Positions 42,027 to 51,579 of a stretch of DNA of 64,000 nucleotides are shown here, piece after piece. Numbering within the stretch: position 1 is the stretch's first letter; each line of letters starts with the position of its first letter. Both the position numbers and the translations under genes were made by a program. The stretch comes from Planctomycetota bacterium (GTDB lineage: Bacteria; Planctomycetota; Planctomycetia; Gemmatales; Gemmataceae): the NCBI GenBank assembly GCA_021781415.1, contig JAJXWW010000084.1, forward strand, positions 14,234 through 78,233, given 5' to 3'. A model generated the notes under the pieces. It was not told the origin of the DNA. It saw only the letters and a program-made list of their open reading frames with translations, and ran no database searches.

Positions 42027-42602
42027 CTAATCCGGCGTTTCCTTGACCCAGATCAGCAGAACATTGCGACCGTAGCGGCGTTCGTCCCAAGTCGGGCGGG
42101 CGGGAAGGTTATCCAGCGTCGCCTTGCTCTCGGCTTGCACGACAATCACCGAACCCGGTCGCACTCTTTCTTGCAACTGTGCGATGGCGCTCAACAACTC
42201 GTCGAGTCGTTGTTCGTAATCCCGAAAGGGAGGACTGAGGAAGAGGGTTACGGGTTCGTTCGGCGGCTCCCAGCGCTCGATCCAACGGTAGACATCGGTT
42301 CGGGCGATGCGGGCCGTTTCGCCGAGATCGAACTCGTCGATGTGCCGTTCGAGGTCGGCGATCAGCCGAAAATCGCGTTCGACGAAGAGAACCGACGAAG
42401 CGCCGCGGCTGACCGCTTCGAGTCCGATGACCCCGGTTCCGGCGAAGATGTCGATGAAGGGGCGCTCCGGCACGGCGTTGCCGAGGATGCTGAACAGCGC
42501 TTCGCGCACCCGCTGAGGCGTCGGACGCAAATTGGCGTCGACGGTGCAGGTCAACTTGCGTCCGCGCAACGAGCCGGCCACAATTCTTATCTGAGTTCGC
42601 AT
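42027..42602 (-). CDS. rsmD: 16S rRNA (guanine966-N2)-methyltransferase RsmD-like
   Basis: MRTQIRIVAGSLRGRKL...RPTPQRVREALFSIL, DIFAGTGVIGLEAVSRGA, and the LSPPF motif. Start at ATG 42602 (the track ORF extends to 42788, overlapping the upstream gene). Confidence 0.8.
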   Translation of the reverse strand: MRTQIRIVAGSLRGRKLTCTVDANLRPTPQRVREALFSILGNAVPERPFIDIFAGTGVIGLEAVSRGASSVLFVERDFRLIADLERHIDEFDLGETARIARTDVYRWIERWEPPNEPVTLFLSPPFRDYEQRLDELLSAIAQLQERVRPGSVIVVQAESKATLDNLPARPTWDERRYGRNVLLIWVKETPD

Positions 42603-42687
42603 GAGTCGTCTCGTTCCTTGGATAATTCGCTTACCACAAGGAAAGCACATCGCCCGCCGCGCGGCAAGGGCGAGCCGCTCGCCGGGT

Positions 42688-44166
42688 TCAAGCGTCCACG
42701 CCCGCTTCGCCGGAGGGAATGTGGCTTTGATGTTCCTCGCTGTAGACATCGCCGGACGATTTCCAGCCGCCTTCCTTATCCGCTCCAACTCCAGCGGTAC
42801 GAAGGCGGAAGAACGCTACGAACAAGAGTAGAGCTATCAGTACGCCGATGCTGGGCACCGACCAGAATCGCATCCAATCGGTCACGGGGGTCTTATCGTT
42901 CGATTGATTCGTCACCGCATAGTCAACCCATCCGGTCGCAAAAGTCCAATCGCGAACCACGACGGCTTTACTTTCGACCGCGACGGGTTCCATGCGTGTG
43001 GTTTTATCGAAGACGACGTTCGACAACTCGCTACCGAGCCACATCGCCAAACCGTACGTCAAGAATACGAATAGCGCTTGGGCGCTCCCCTTGATGTCGG
43101 AGGGCGATTCGTTATCGACATGGATGAATCCCGCGGCGAAAAAGAAATCGTAACAAACGCCGTGGAGCGTTAAACAGAGAATGATAGGCCAATAGAAAGC
43201 GCCTACCGCGTAGCTGCCGCCCAACGCGAAGAGGCCATAGCGCAGACCCCAAGCCAACATACCCATCGCTAACACCCACTTCATCCCCATCCGACGCAGA
43301 AACACCGGCAAGAACGGCAACAGCAACATCTCCGACCATTGGCCGATCGTCATGGTCGAGGCCACATCCCGCACTCCGAGATGTTTTTCCAGATAAAGGC
43401 CCGTGTAATTGTAGTAGAAGGCGAGAACGATTGTGATGATGAACGAGACACCGAAAAACACGGCAAACGAGGGCTCGCGCAGCAGACGCACGGCGCGGAG
43501 GAACGGCAGCGCCTCTCCAGCCTTTCCTTTGGGGGGCGTGTGCGGCAATAGAAAGCTGTAGATGCCCAGCAGCGCCGAAAGCCCCGCGGCCAGAAGAAGC
43601 GGGCCATTGGAGATTTTGGAGTCGCCGAAAAACATCGGCAGCACGAGGCCAACCGTCATGCCTGCGGCGATCCAGCCGATGGTGCCGAGAACGCGAAGAC
43701 CCGGAAAATCGCGCGTGCCATCGGGAACGTGCGTGAAGGCGATCGAGTTGGACAACGCCAAGGTCGGCGAGTAGATGAGCGCGTAAGTTAAGGCGATCCA
43801 ATAGAACTTTGACGCCGTGGCCGCCACAAGCGCCGGGTCGCGATCCACCACAGGAGGAATTGCCGCCATCCAATATAAAAGCCCCGCGCCGATCAAATGC
43901 AACAGTGCCATGAGTTTTTCACTGCTGAAATAGCGGTCGGCGACTTGTCCGATGAACAACGGCGCGACAATGGTTCCCAAAGCCATCGTGCCGAAGATTC
44001 GACCGATAGAATCGGACAGCCCCATTGCGGTGAGCCGATTGCCGAGTACCGAGAACCACGCGCCCCAGACGGCGAATTCAAGAAACATCATCACCGACAG
44101 ATTCAAGCGTGGTCCAAGTGCCAGCGGCGGCGCTTGGGATGCGGCAGCGGTGTCCGCGTTTGCCAT
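42688..44166 (-). CDS. MFS transporter, nucleoside:H+ symporter-like
   Basis: GAGGAG SD. 12-TM-type profile. N-terminal LNLSVMMFLEFAVWGAWFSVLGNRL and GQVADRYFSSEK resemble the NupG/XapB-type family. Confidence 0.7.
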   Translation of the reverse strand: MANADTAAASQAPPLALGPRLNLSVMMFLEFAVWGAWFSVLGNRLTAMGLSDSIGRIFGTMALGTIVAPLFIGQVADRYFSSEKLMALLHLIGAGLLYWMAAIPPVVDRDPALVAATASKFYWIALTYALIYSPTLALSNSIAFTHVPDGTRDFPGLRVLGTIGWIAAGMTVGLVLPMFFGDSKISNGPLLLAAGLSALLGIYSFLLPHTPPKGKAGEALPFLRAVRLLREPSFAVFFGVSFIITIVLAFYYNYTGLYLEKHLGVRDVASTMTIGQWSEMLLLPFLPVFLRRMGMKWVLAMGMLAWGLRYGLFALGGSYAVGAFYWPIILCLTLHGVCYDFFFAAGFIHVDNESPSDIKGSAQALFVFLTYGLAMWLGSELSNVVFDKTTRMEPVAVESKAVVVRDWTFATGWVDYAVTNQSNDKTPVTDWMRFWSVPSIGVLIALLLFVAFFRLRTAGVGADKEGGWKSSGDVYSEEHQSHIPSGEAGVDA

Positions 44167-44246
44167 GTCTATCTCCTCGCAGCGGCGTTGGTGGGGCCGA
44201 CGTTGACTTCGTGACCCACAAGGTAGGTAAGCGGCGTCTTAGCGGC

Positions 44247-44301
44247 GATCCGCAAAGCCCCTCTCTCCCTGAGTACGGGATCGAGGGAGGCTTTGCGGAT
44301 C
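44247..44301. repeat. family C palindrome flanked by short direct repeats (MITE-like)
   Basis: GATCCGCAAAGCC...GGCTTTGCGGATC outer arms with the GTACTCAGGGAGAGAGGGG core on the minus strand. Flanked by CGTCTTAGCGGC (44235-44246) and CGTCTCTTAGCGGC (44301-44314). Confidence 0.8.
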
Positions 44302-44320
44302 GTCTCTTAGCGGCATTCAA

Positions 44321-44350
44321 CGAAAAACCCTGCCGCGCGGCCAGAGGGTT
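44321..44350 (-). terminator. candidate intrinsic terminator of rplM-rpsI
   Basis: Minus strand reads AACCCT..GGCCGCGCGGC..AGGGTT followed by TTTTTCG. Sits about 160 nt downstream of the rpsI stop. Confidence 0.4.
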
Positions 44351-44510
44351 CCCGCTTCGTCGGCGGAGATGGGGTCGATTGCGTATTCCATCCCGCGCAA
44401 GAAACGGCGGATGGGAAAGGACAACGGAATCTGGAAGGGCAGTCGAAGCGGCACTCTCGTTCCCATACCCGACGGCATGGGAACGAGATGCGATGGAAAA
44501 CTCGACGGGA

Positions 44511-44966
44511 TTAGCGCTTCGAGAATTGGAAACTCTTGCGAGCGCCCTTGCGTCCGTATTTCTTGCGTTCCTTCATGCGGCTATCGCGGGTGAGATAGTG
44601 CGAATCGCGCAGCTTCTTGGCCATTCCGCCGGTTTCGGCCTGGCCATCGGCGTCGGCGGCCGGTGCGGTATCGAGACCGAACATCTGCTTGAGGGCGCGG
44701 GCGAGTCCTTGACAGACCGCTCCCGCTTGGCCGGTTATGCCGCCTCCCCGCACTTTGACGGAGACGTCGAGGCGTGCGCGCATCTCGGTAAGTTCGAGCG
44801 GGCCGGTGACGGCGTTTTGGTCCTTGGCCTCGGTGAAATACACGTCCACCGGGCGGCCGTTGATGACAATTTGACCGTTGCCCTCGCTCAAGCGAACGCG
44901 AGCCACCGACGTTTTGCGCCGGCCGGTACCGAGATAATAAGTCTTCTTGGTTTTCGTGTCGGCCAC
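44511..44966 (-). CDS. rpsI: 30S ribosomal protein S9
   Basis: GTGRRKTSVARVRL...VKVRGGGITGQAGA...DSRMKERKKYGRKGARKSFQFSKR. Confidence 0.95.
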   Translation of the reverse strand: MADTKTKKTYYLGTGRRKTSVARVRLSEGNGQIVINGRPVDVYFTEAKDQNAVTGPLELTEMRARLDVSVKVRGGGITGQAGAVCQGLARALKQMFGLDTAPAADADGQAETGGMAKKLRDSHYLTRDSRMKERKKYGRKGARKSFQFSKR

Positions 44967-44980
44967 GATCGTTCTCCGAA

Positions 44981-45415
44981 TCAGGGAACCAGCTTAAATT
45001 CCACGGGTTGCTGCGCCTGGTGCGGGTGCGACGAACCGGCGTAGATCTTCAGTTTGGTCATTTGCTGTCGGCCGAGCTTGTTGCGCGGCACCATGCGCTT
45101 CACGGCTTCTTCCAGGATGCGTTCGGGGTGATTCTTCATCACATCGCGAGCCAGCACGGTCTTGAGTCCGCCCGGATAGCGCGTGTACCACGAATAGGTC
45201 TTGGTTTGCAACTTCTTGCCGGTGAAACGGATCTTCTCGGCATTGATGACGATGACGAACTCGCCGGTGTCGATGTGCGGCGTGTATTCGGGACGATGTT
45301 TGCCGCGCAGAATGTTGGCGATTTGAACGGCCAGGCGTCCTACCACCTGATCCGCCGCATCGATTACCAACCAACGCCGCGAGATCGTTTCCGGCTTGGC
45401 CATGTATGTGGACAT
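44981..45415 (-). CDS. rplM: 50S ribosomal protein L13
   Basis: RRWLVIDAADQVVGRLAVQIANILRGKHRPEYTPHIDTGEFVIVINAEK. Confidence 0.95.
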   Translation of the reverse strand: MSTYMAKPETISRRWLVIDAADQVVGRLAVQIANILRGKHRPEYTPHIDTGEFVIVINAEKIRFTGKKLQTKTYSWYTRYPGGLKTVLARDVMKNHPERILEEAVKRMVPRNKLGRQQMTKLKIYAGSSHPHQAQQPVEFKLVP

Positions 45416-45526
45416 CTTCGTTCTTCCATCTCGTTCAAAACGCGGGAATCGAAAAAGTTATCATAAGAGCGAGGGCAGTGCCGTCAAGATCATCGCGCCG
45501 AGAATCGCTTCTGGCTCGGATCGTCT

Positions 45527-47206
45527 TCATCGTTCCACCGCTGAAACCGAGACCATGTCGGTCAGCCGCGGGACGGCGGATTGCACCGCCCGTTTGAGCG
45601 GGTCGGGATTGACGCCGATCCCCAAGGTGAGCGCGCCGCACAGACAGACCGCCGCCAATGTTGGCCACGAACGCTTACCGTCGGCAGCGACGGCGAGCGG
45701 CGAGGGGTCGCGCAGATACATCACGGCGGCGATGCGGAGATAGTACCATCCGCCGATAGCCGCGTTCAAGGCGGCCAGCAGCGCGAGACCGACGAACAAC
45801 GTCCGTTGATCGGGCGGCCAAAACGTCGCTTCCTGGGAAGGAGGCACATCGAGCGCGCCGGCGAAGAGCAAGAACTTGCCCATGAAGCCTGCCGTAAACG
45901 GTATGCCGATCAGGCTGAACAAGAACAGGACCATGACCAAGGCCAAACCCGGTCGGGTTCTGCTGAGTCCTGCGAGGTCGTCCACCGTTTCGGCTTTTTG
46001 TCCGCTCGAACTCAGATATTGCAGGACGCCGAACGCTCCCAACGTCATCGCTCCGTAGGTAACCAAATAAAAGAACACGGCATCGACGCCGTCCACCGGC
46101 GCGTCGAACGCATCGAGTAAGCGCGGTGCGGCGGCCAAACCGATGAGCATGTATCCGGCGTGGGCCACGCTGGAGTAGGCTAGGAGCCGACGGAGGTTGT
46201 CTTGCAACAAGCCGAGGAGATTGCCCAGCGTCATCGTCACGGCGGCGATGATCCACAGCAAGATCGGCAGCTGTTCTCGGAGGATGGGGCGAGAGAGAGT
46301 GGCCGTGAAAACTTCGTGCGATAAGTTGGGCAGGACGAAGCCCAAAACGCGGACGAGCGCGGCGAAGCCGGCCACCTTGGGCACGAACGCCAAGACGGCG
46401 GCATTGGCCGTCGTCGTGCCCTGATAAACGTCGGGAGCATAAAAGTGAAACGGCACGGCGGTCAGGCGGAAGCCGAGTCCGGCCACCACCATGACCAGCG
46501 CCACCATGCCCATGCCCATCAGCGGCGAAGGAAGGGTCGGCTCGCTCGCCGCAGTGAGATCGCTGGCGCGGCGGAAGGCGTCGGCCAGGCCCGGTAGATT
46601 CGTCGTCCCGGCCATGCCGTACAGATAGCTGAAACCGAACAACGTCAACGCCGACGAGAAGATACTGAGCAAGAAGTATTTCATCGCCGCCTCTTGCCCC
46701 GCCGCGTCGAGTCCGCCGTCGGGGGCGGCGCTCTTGCCCAAGTAGAGGACTAAATAGGTCGGTATGCTCGTTAATTCCAGGGCGAGGAACAGCGTCACCA
46801 ATTCGTTTGCCGCCGCGCACAGCCCCATGCCGGCGACCATGAGCAACAGACAAGCATGATATTCGGCGGCTCGATTTTCCGGCATCGAGTCCCAACAGAG
46901 CAAAACGAGCAAGACGCCTCCGGCCAAGGACACGGCCCGCAACAGCAGCGCCAACCGATCGAGCATCACGGGGCTTGCGTAGCGCGAGGCGTCGGCGATG
47001 CTGGCCGACTGGTAGTGGGGCAGCGGATTGAGCGACAGAGCCAAGGCGGCCATTGCCAGGGAGACGAGCGCGACGCCCCCCCACAAGTGGCGGTTCGCGC
47101 GCCAGGTTCCACCGAGAAACAGGACGCAAGCGGCCGCGCCCAGAAGCATCTCCGGGACGAGATAGGGAAGGTAGCCGGTCAGGGCCGTGACGAGATTGGG
47201 ATTCAC
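45527..47206 (-). CDS. nuoN: NADH-quinone oxidoreductase subunit N
   Basis: Polytopic antiporter-like protein and the last gene of the nuo array. GTG start lies 1 nt after the nuoM stop. Confidence 0.9.
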   Translation of the reverse strand: MNPNLVTALTGYLPYLVPEMLLGAAACVLFLGGTWRANRHLWGGVALVSLAMAALALSLNPLPHYQSASIADASRYASPVMLDRLALLLRAVSLAGGVLLVLLCWDSMPENRAAEYHACLLLMVAGMGLCAAANELVTLFLALELTSIPTYLVLYLGKSAAPDGGLDAAGQEAAMKYFLLSIFSSALTLFGFSYLYGMAGTTNLPGLADAFRRASDLTAASEPTLPSPLMGMGMVALVMVVAGLGFRLTAVPFHFYAPDVYQGTTTANAAVLAFVPKVAGFAALVRVLGFVLPNLSHEVFTATLSRPILREQLPILLWIIAAVTMTLGNLLGLLQDNLRRLLAYSSVAHAGYMLIGLAAAPRLLDAFDAPVDGVDAVFFYLVTYGAMTLGAFGVLQYLSSSGQKAETVDDLAGLSRTRPGLALVMVLFLFSLIGIPFTAGFMGKFLLFAGALDVPPSQEATFWPPDQRTLFVGLALLAALNAAIGGWYYLRIAAVMYLRDPSPLAVAADGKRSWPTLAAVCLCGALTLGIGVNPDPLKRAVQSAVPRLTDMVSVSAVER

Positions 47207-47207
47207 G

Positions 47208-48998
47208 TTACTTCTTCTCCGTGGCCGTCGCGGCCTGTCGAATATCGCGGGGAGGAACGGGGGAATGTTCCGCGGCGGCCCGTCGGCGGGCGGCGTCGGC
47301 GATGCCGGCCAAGACGCGGATTTCCGGACTCACCGCCTTGAAGAACGGTTTGGGGTAGACGCCGAGCGCCAGGCAAAGCACGGCGAGGGGCAACAGGGTC
47401 GCCAATTCGCGGCCGTTCAAATCGCCGATGACGCCGTGCCCCTCGTGATGCGGTTCCTTGAGTGGGCCAAAAAAGATCTGGCGAACCATCGTCAGCATGT
47501 ACCAGGCCCCCAGCACGACGCCGACCGCGCCGAGTCCGGCCAACAGCGTTCCGCGCACCTGCGTGCCGGTGAAGTCGTACATTCCCGAAATCACCAGCCA
47601 TTCGCCGAGGAAGCCGTTCAACCCCGGCAGTCCGACGCTCGACATGGTGATAAACACCATGAAGACGGCCAACAAGTGCAGCCGCGAACCCATGCCGCCG
47701 TAGTCCGCCATCTTCCGCGTGTGATAGCGCTCGTACAACATGCCGACCAACAAGAACAGCGCGCCGGTCGAGAGGCCGTGGTTTATCATCTGCATCAGGC
47801 TGCCCGTCATGCCGACTTCGTTGAGCGCGAACAACCCCAACATGCAATAGCCGAGATGGCTGACGCTGGAGTAGGCAACCAGTTTTTTCACGTCGTCTTG
47901 TGCCAGGGCGCAGAACGCTCCGTACAAGATGCCGACGACGGCCAGCCCGCCGAGCAGCGGCGCGCCGATGCGCAGACTGGCATCGGGAGCCAACGGCACG
48001 CACAGGCGCAGAAAGCCGTAAGTACCGAGCTTGAGCAAGACGCCGGCCAAGAGAACGCTGCCGGCCGTCGGGGCTTCAACGTGGGCCAACGGTAGCCAAG
48101 TATGCACCGGAACCATCGGCACCTTGACCGCGAAGCCGCACATCATCGCCAGAAACACCCACATTTGCACGCGACGCCACGAATCGAGCCGCTCGCGTCG
48201 TTCCTTCAGGAGTTGCGGCTCGAAATCGGGCGGAGCCTGTTCCAATTCCTGAACGTCCTTGGGTAATTTGTTGTTTAGCGCATCTACTTTCGCAATCAAC
48301 TCCGGAATGGCGAACGTCAGGAGCGGCGTTCGAGTGGGATCGCGTTGACTCTCGATTTGCGGCAGCGTCAGCGCGAGGGCGACGATGCCCAACAGGGTGA
48401 CGAGACTTCCCGTCAACGTGTAAATGAAAAACTTGCGCGCGGCGTATTGGCGTTGAGGTCCGCCCCAGATGCCGATGAGGAAGAACAGCGGCACGAGCGT
48501 CAATTCGAAGAAGGCGTAAAATAAGACGATGTCGAACGAAGCGAACACGCCCGTCATGCCCAATTGTAAGACGAACAACCAAGCGTGAAATTCGTTGACG
48601 CGCTCGGTAATGGCCGTCCACGACACCAACACGCTCGACACCATCAACAACGCCGTCAACAAAATCAGCCACACGTTCAGTCCGTCGATCCCGACGTAGA
48701 ATTGAATGGCGCTATCGACCGTGCCGTTGGCCGTCGTGTGCAGGGGAAGTAGATTTGCTCGCGTCGAGAACTTGATCCATTCGTCGGGGAACGTCGAGGG
48801 CGATTTGGCGTCGGTCGGTGTTTGGTCGAGGCGTGCCGCGGCGAATTGGACGGAGAGAATCGTGGCCAACAAAAGGCTGGCGAGCGAGCTTGCTAGACTG
48901 AGCCAACGCACGGCGACAGCGCGGCCGGAACCCAGCAACGCCGACGCAACCGCCGTCCCAAGCGGCAGCGCCAACAACAAAAGGAATAATCCCGACAT
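47208..48998 (-). CDS. nuoM: NADH-quinone oxidoreductase subunit M
   Basis: Antiporter-like. Motifs FAVKVPMVPVHTWLPLAHVEAPTAGSVLLAGVLLKLG. Confidence 0.92.
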   Translation of the reverse strand: MSGLFLLLLALPLGTAVASALLGSGRAVAVRWLSLASSLASLLLATILSVQFAAARLDQTPTDAKSPSTFPDEWIKFSTRANLLPLHTTANGTVDSAIQFYVGIDGLNVWLILLTALLMVSSVLVSWTAITERVNEFHAWLFVLQLGMTGVFASFDIVLFYAFFELTLVPLFFLIGIWGGPQRQYAARKFFIYTLTGSLVTLLGIVALALTLPQIESQRDPTRTPLLTFAIPELIAKVDALNNKLPKDVQELEQAPPDFEPQLLKERRERLDSWRRVQMWVFLAMMCGFAVKVPMVPVHTWLPLAHVEAPTAGSVLLAGVLLKLGTYGFLRLCVPLAPDASLRIGAPLLGGLAVVGILYGAFCALAQDDVKKLVAYSSVSHLGYCMLGLFALNEVGMTGSLMQMINHGLSTGALFLLVGMLYERYHTRKMADYGGMGSRLHLLAVFMVFITMSSVGLPGLNGFLGEWLVISGMYDFTGTQVRGTLLAGLGAVGVVLGAWYMLTMVRQIFFGPLKEPHHEGHGVIGDLNGRELATLLPLAVLCLALGVYPKPFFKAVSPEIRVLAGIADAARRRAAAEHSPVPPRDIRQAATATEKK

Positions 48999-49049
48999 GA
49001 TAATCCCAATCTACGAGGTCAAGATCGATCGTTGCCGCGCGTCGACGAA

Positions 49050-51146
49050 TTACAATTTCAGTATCAGCGCGATAAGAAACACCGTCATTCCCAATACCAT
49101 CGCCAACGCATAAAATTGTACCAACCCGTTCTGGACCGGACGCGCCAGGAAACCCAGCCAGCGCAGCATATATCCCGTGAGATCGACCAATCCGTCCAAC
49201 ACGTTCAAATCGAAGATGCGCGCGAACGTCGTGAAACCGGCCAAGGGCTTCAGAACGAACAATTCGTACAGTTCATCGATATGAAATTTATTCAGCGAAA
49301 GCTGATAGAAGCCTTTTGCGGCACCGGCCAAACGACCCGGCAGGTCCGGTTGTCGAACGTACATCCAATACGCCACGCCGATCCCGCCCAAGCCGACGAG
49401 TGTGCTGAGCAGCATCATCGACCAGTTGAGCGACTCCGCTTCGGGCGGCGGAAACCCCGGCGTGTGGGCCACGAAATGCTCGAACAGGCCCGTCGGTCCC
49501 AACGCCGCGCCGATGCCCAAGGCGAAGACGGATAAGATCATCAACGGAACGGTCATTACCGCGGGCGACTCCAGACGCGGTGTCTCGCCGTGGCCGTGGC
49601 GGTCGGAGTGGCCGCCGTGTTCCTCGTGACCGTGGTGATGCTCGAACGCCTCGTGCGGGATGCGCACCTCGCCCCAGAACGTCAAGAAATAGGCGCGGAA
49701 TGTATAAAACGCCGTCAGACCGGCCGTGGCAAGCCCCGCGAACCACAGCACGAGATACCATGCGGCATAGTGGTCGGCGCGATGGCCGGCGGTCCAAGCG
49801 GCGTCGAGAATCGCATCTTTGCTCCAGAAGCCAGAAAGCAGAGGGAAGCCCGCCAGAGTGAACGCCCCGCAGAGGAACGTCCAGTGCGTGTGCGGCAACA
49901 CTTTTCGCAGTCCGCTGAAACGGCGCATGTCGATGACGTGGCCCATCGCGTGCATGACGCTGCCGGCGCTGAGGAACAAGAGCGCCTTGAAAAAGGCGTG
50001 GGTGAAGAGATGGAACATCGCGGCTACGACGGCGAAAGTCACGAACGCCTCGCCCGCCGATGCCACCCCGCTGCCCAGCGCCACGAACATATAACCGAGT
50101 TGGCTTAGCGTCGAATACGCCAACACGCGCTTGAGATCGTTCTGCGTCAGAGCGATGAGTGCCGCCAAAACCATGGTGATCGCGCCGAGGGTGGCCACGA
50201 CGACTTGCGCATTCGGCGCGAGCATGAACAGCGGTGTACAGCGTGCCACGAGATATACGCCGGCCGTCACCATCGTCGCCGCGTGAATGAGGGCCGAAAC
50301 CGGCGTCGGACCTTCCATCGCGTCCGGCAACCACACGTGCAGCGGGAACTGCGCCGATTTACCGACCGCGCCGCACATCAGTAGCAGACAAGCCGTCGTC
50401 AGCACGCCGTAATCGAGTGTCTTTGCCTCTTCCGCCGCCTTCACGGATTGGAAAATGTGTCGATAATCCAAGTGATGGCCGAAACTCGACCACAGCAACA
50501 GAATGCCGAGGAACAGTCCCACGTCGCCGATGCGCGTGACGAGGAACGCCTTGCGCGCCGCCGCCGCGGCCGCCGGTTTGGCGAACCAGAAGCCGATCAA
50601 TAAATAGCTGCTGAGTCCGACGCCTTCCCAACCGAGATAGAGCAGAGCGAAATTGTCGGCGAGAACGAGCGTGGTCATCATAAACACGAACAGCGACACC
50701 TCGGCGAAGAATCGCGCGTAGCCTTCGTCGCCGTGCATGTAACCGGCGGAGTAGACGGCGATGAGCGTGCCGATGAACGTGACCATGAGGGCCATCATCG
50801 TGCTAAGGGCATCGGCGTTGAGGGCGATGCCAACATCGACGCCGCGCCCCGCGCCGGCTTCGCCGACTTTGAACCACTCGTAATAGACGGCAGTTTGATG
50901 CGGGTAGGGGTCCGGGGTCGCGGTATGTTCCGCCGCGCCGCCGTGGTGCGCGGAGACGAACTGCGACACGCCGTCGTGAACCGAATGGAAGGCCATGAAG
51001 GCGACGACGCACGCGCCGGCGGTGGCCAAGATGCACGGCCAATGGCTGTGACGGCGCAGCCAACGCGGGCCGAACAAGGCGATGAAAACGGCGGCCGTCA
51101 GCGGGAGAGCCGGGATTAGCCACAAAAAAGATCGCACGTCAGACAT
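49050..51146 (-). CDS. nuoL: NADH-quinone oxidoreductase subunit L
   Basis: GKSAQFPLHVWLPDAMEGPTPVSALIHAATMVTAGVYL. ATG 51146 overlaps the nuoK stop (ATGTCTGA). The track start GTG 51161 is less likely. Confidence 0.92.
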   Translation of the reverse strand: MSDVRSFLWLIPALPLTAAVFIALFGPRWLRRHSHWPCILATAGACVVAFMAFHSVHDGVSQFVSAHHGGAAEHTATPDPYPHQTAVYYEWFKVGEAGAGRGVDVGIALNADALSTMMALMVTFIGTLIAVYSAGYMHGDEGYARFFAEVSLFVFMMTTLVLADNFALLYLGWEGVGLSSYLLIGFWFAKPAAAAAARKAFLVTRIGDVGLFLGILLLWSSFGHHLDYRHIFQSVKAAEEAKTLDYGVLTTACLLLMCGAVGKSAQFPLHVWLPDAMEGPTPVSALIHAATMVTAGVYLVARCTPLFMLAPNAQVVVATLGAITMVLAALIALTQNDLKRVLAYSTLSQLGYMFVALGSGVASAGEAFVTFAVVAAMFHLFTHAFFKALLFLSAGSVMHAMGHVIDMRRFSGLRKVLPHTHWTFLCGAFTLAGFPLLSGFWSKDAILDAAWTAGHRADHYAAWYLVLWFAGLATAGLTAFYTFRAYFLTFWGEVRIPHEAFEHHHGHEEHGGHSDRHGHGETPRLESPAVMTVPLMILSVFALGIGAALGPTGLFEHFVAHTPGFPPPEAESLNWSMMLLSTLVGLGGIGVAYWMYVRQPDLPGRLAGAAKGFYQLSLNKFHIDELYELFVLKPLAGFTTFARIFDLNVLDGLVDLTGYMLRWLGFLARPVQNGLVQFYALAMVLGMTVFLIALILKL

Positions 51147-51567
51147 GACTCTCCTCGGCACGGTGTTCGGGTTCGAGTCCGGCGGGCGTCAGATGCGGAT
51201 AAACGGGCAAACGCGGCGACGGCGGCAGCGGCTCCATGTCTTCGGTCGCCTCTTCCCCCGCTTCGCGCAGATCCTGCCATTTGCTCGCGTCCAGCGAATG
51301 TCGCCGACGGTAGAGCATCAAGATCAACGCCAAGGCGATGGCCGCTTCGCACGCCGCCACCGTCACGATGAACAGGACGAACGCCTGCCCTTGCAAGTTG
51401 CCGCGATAGCGCGCGAACGCCGCCAAATTGATCGCCACCCCCTGCAACATCATTTCCACACAGAGAAACATGACGATGAGATTGCGGCGCGCTAGGAACC
51501 CGATGAGTCCCAAGACGAATAGGACTGCGCCGACCATCAGATAGTGGTACAACGGCAATGCGGTCAT
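51139..51567 (-). CDS. nuoK: NADH-quinone oxidoreductase subunit K (with ~40-aa C-terminal tail)
   Basis: 3-TM core with NLIVMFLCVEMMLQGVAINL and AACEAAIALALIL. An extra acidic/Pro-rich tail follows. Confidence 0.9.
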   Translation of the reverse strand: MTALPLYHYLMVGAVLFVLGLIGFLARRNLIVMFLCVEMMLQGVAINLAAFARYRGNLQGQAFVLFIVTVAACEAAIALALILMLYRRRHSLDASKWQDLREAGEEATEDMEPLPPSPRLPVYPHLTPAGLEPEHRAEESHV

Positions 51568-51579
51568 GAACTCCTCACT

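Noticed and set aside
44167-44246. Possible riboswitch upstream of the nucleoside-type MFS transporter
   Set aside because: The leader is short, and I could not recognise any known riboswitch core (purine, preQ1 or 2'-dG-like) by eye. It would need an Rfam scan to exclude formally.
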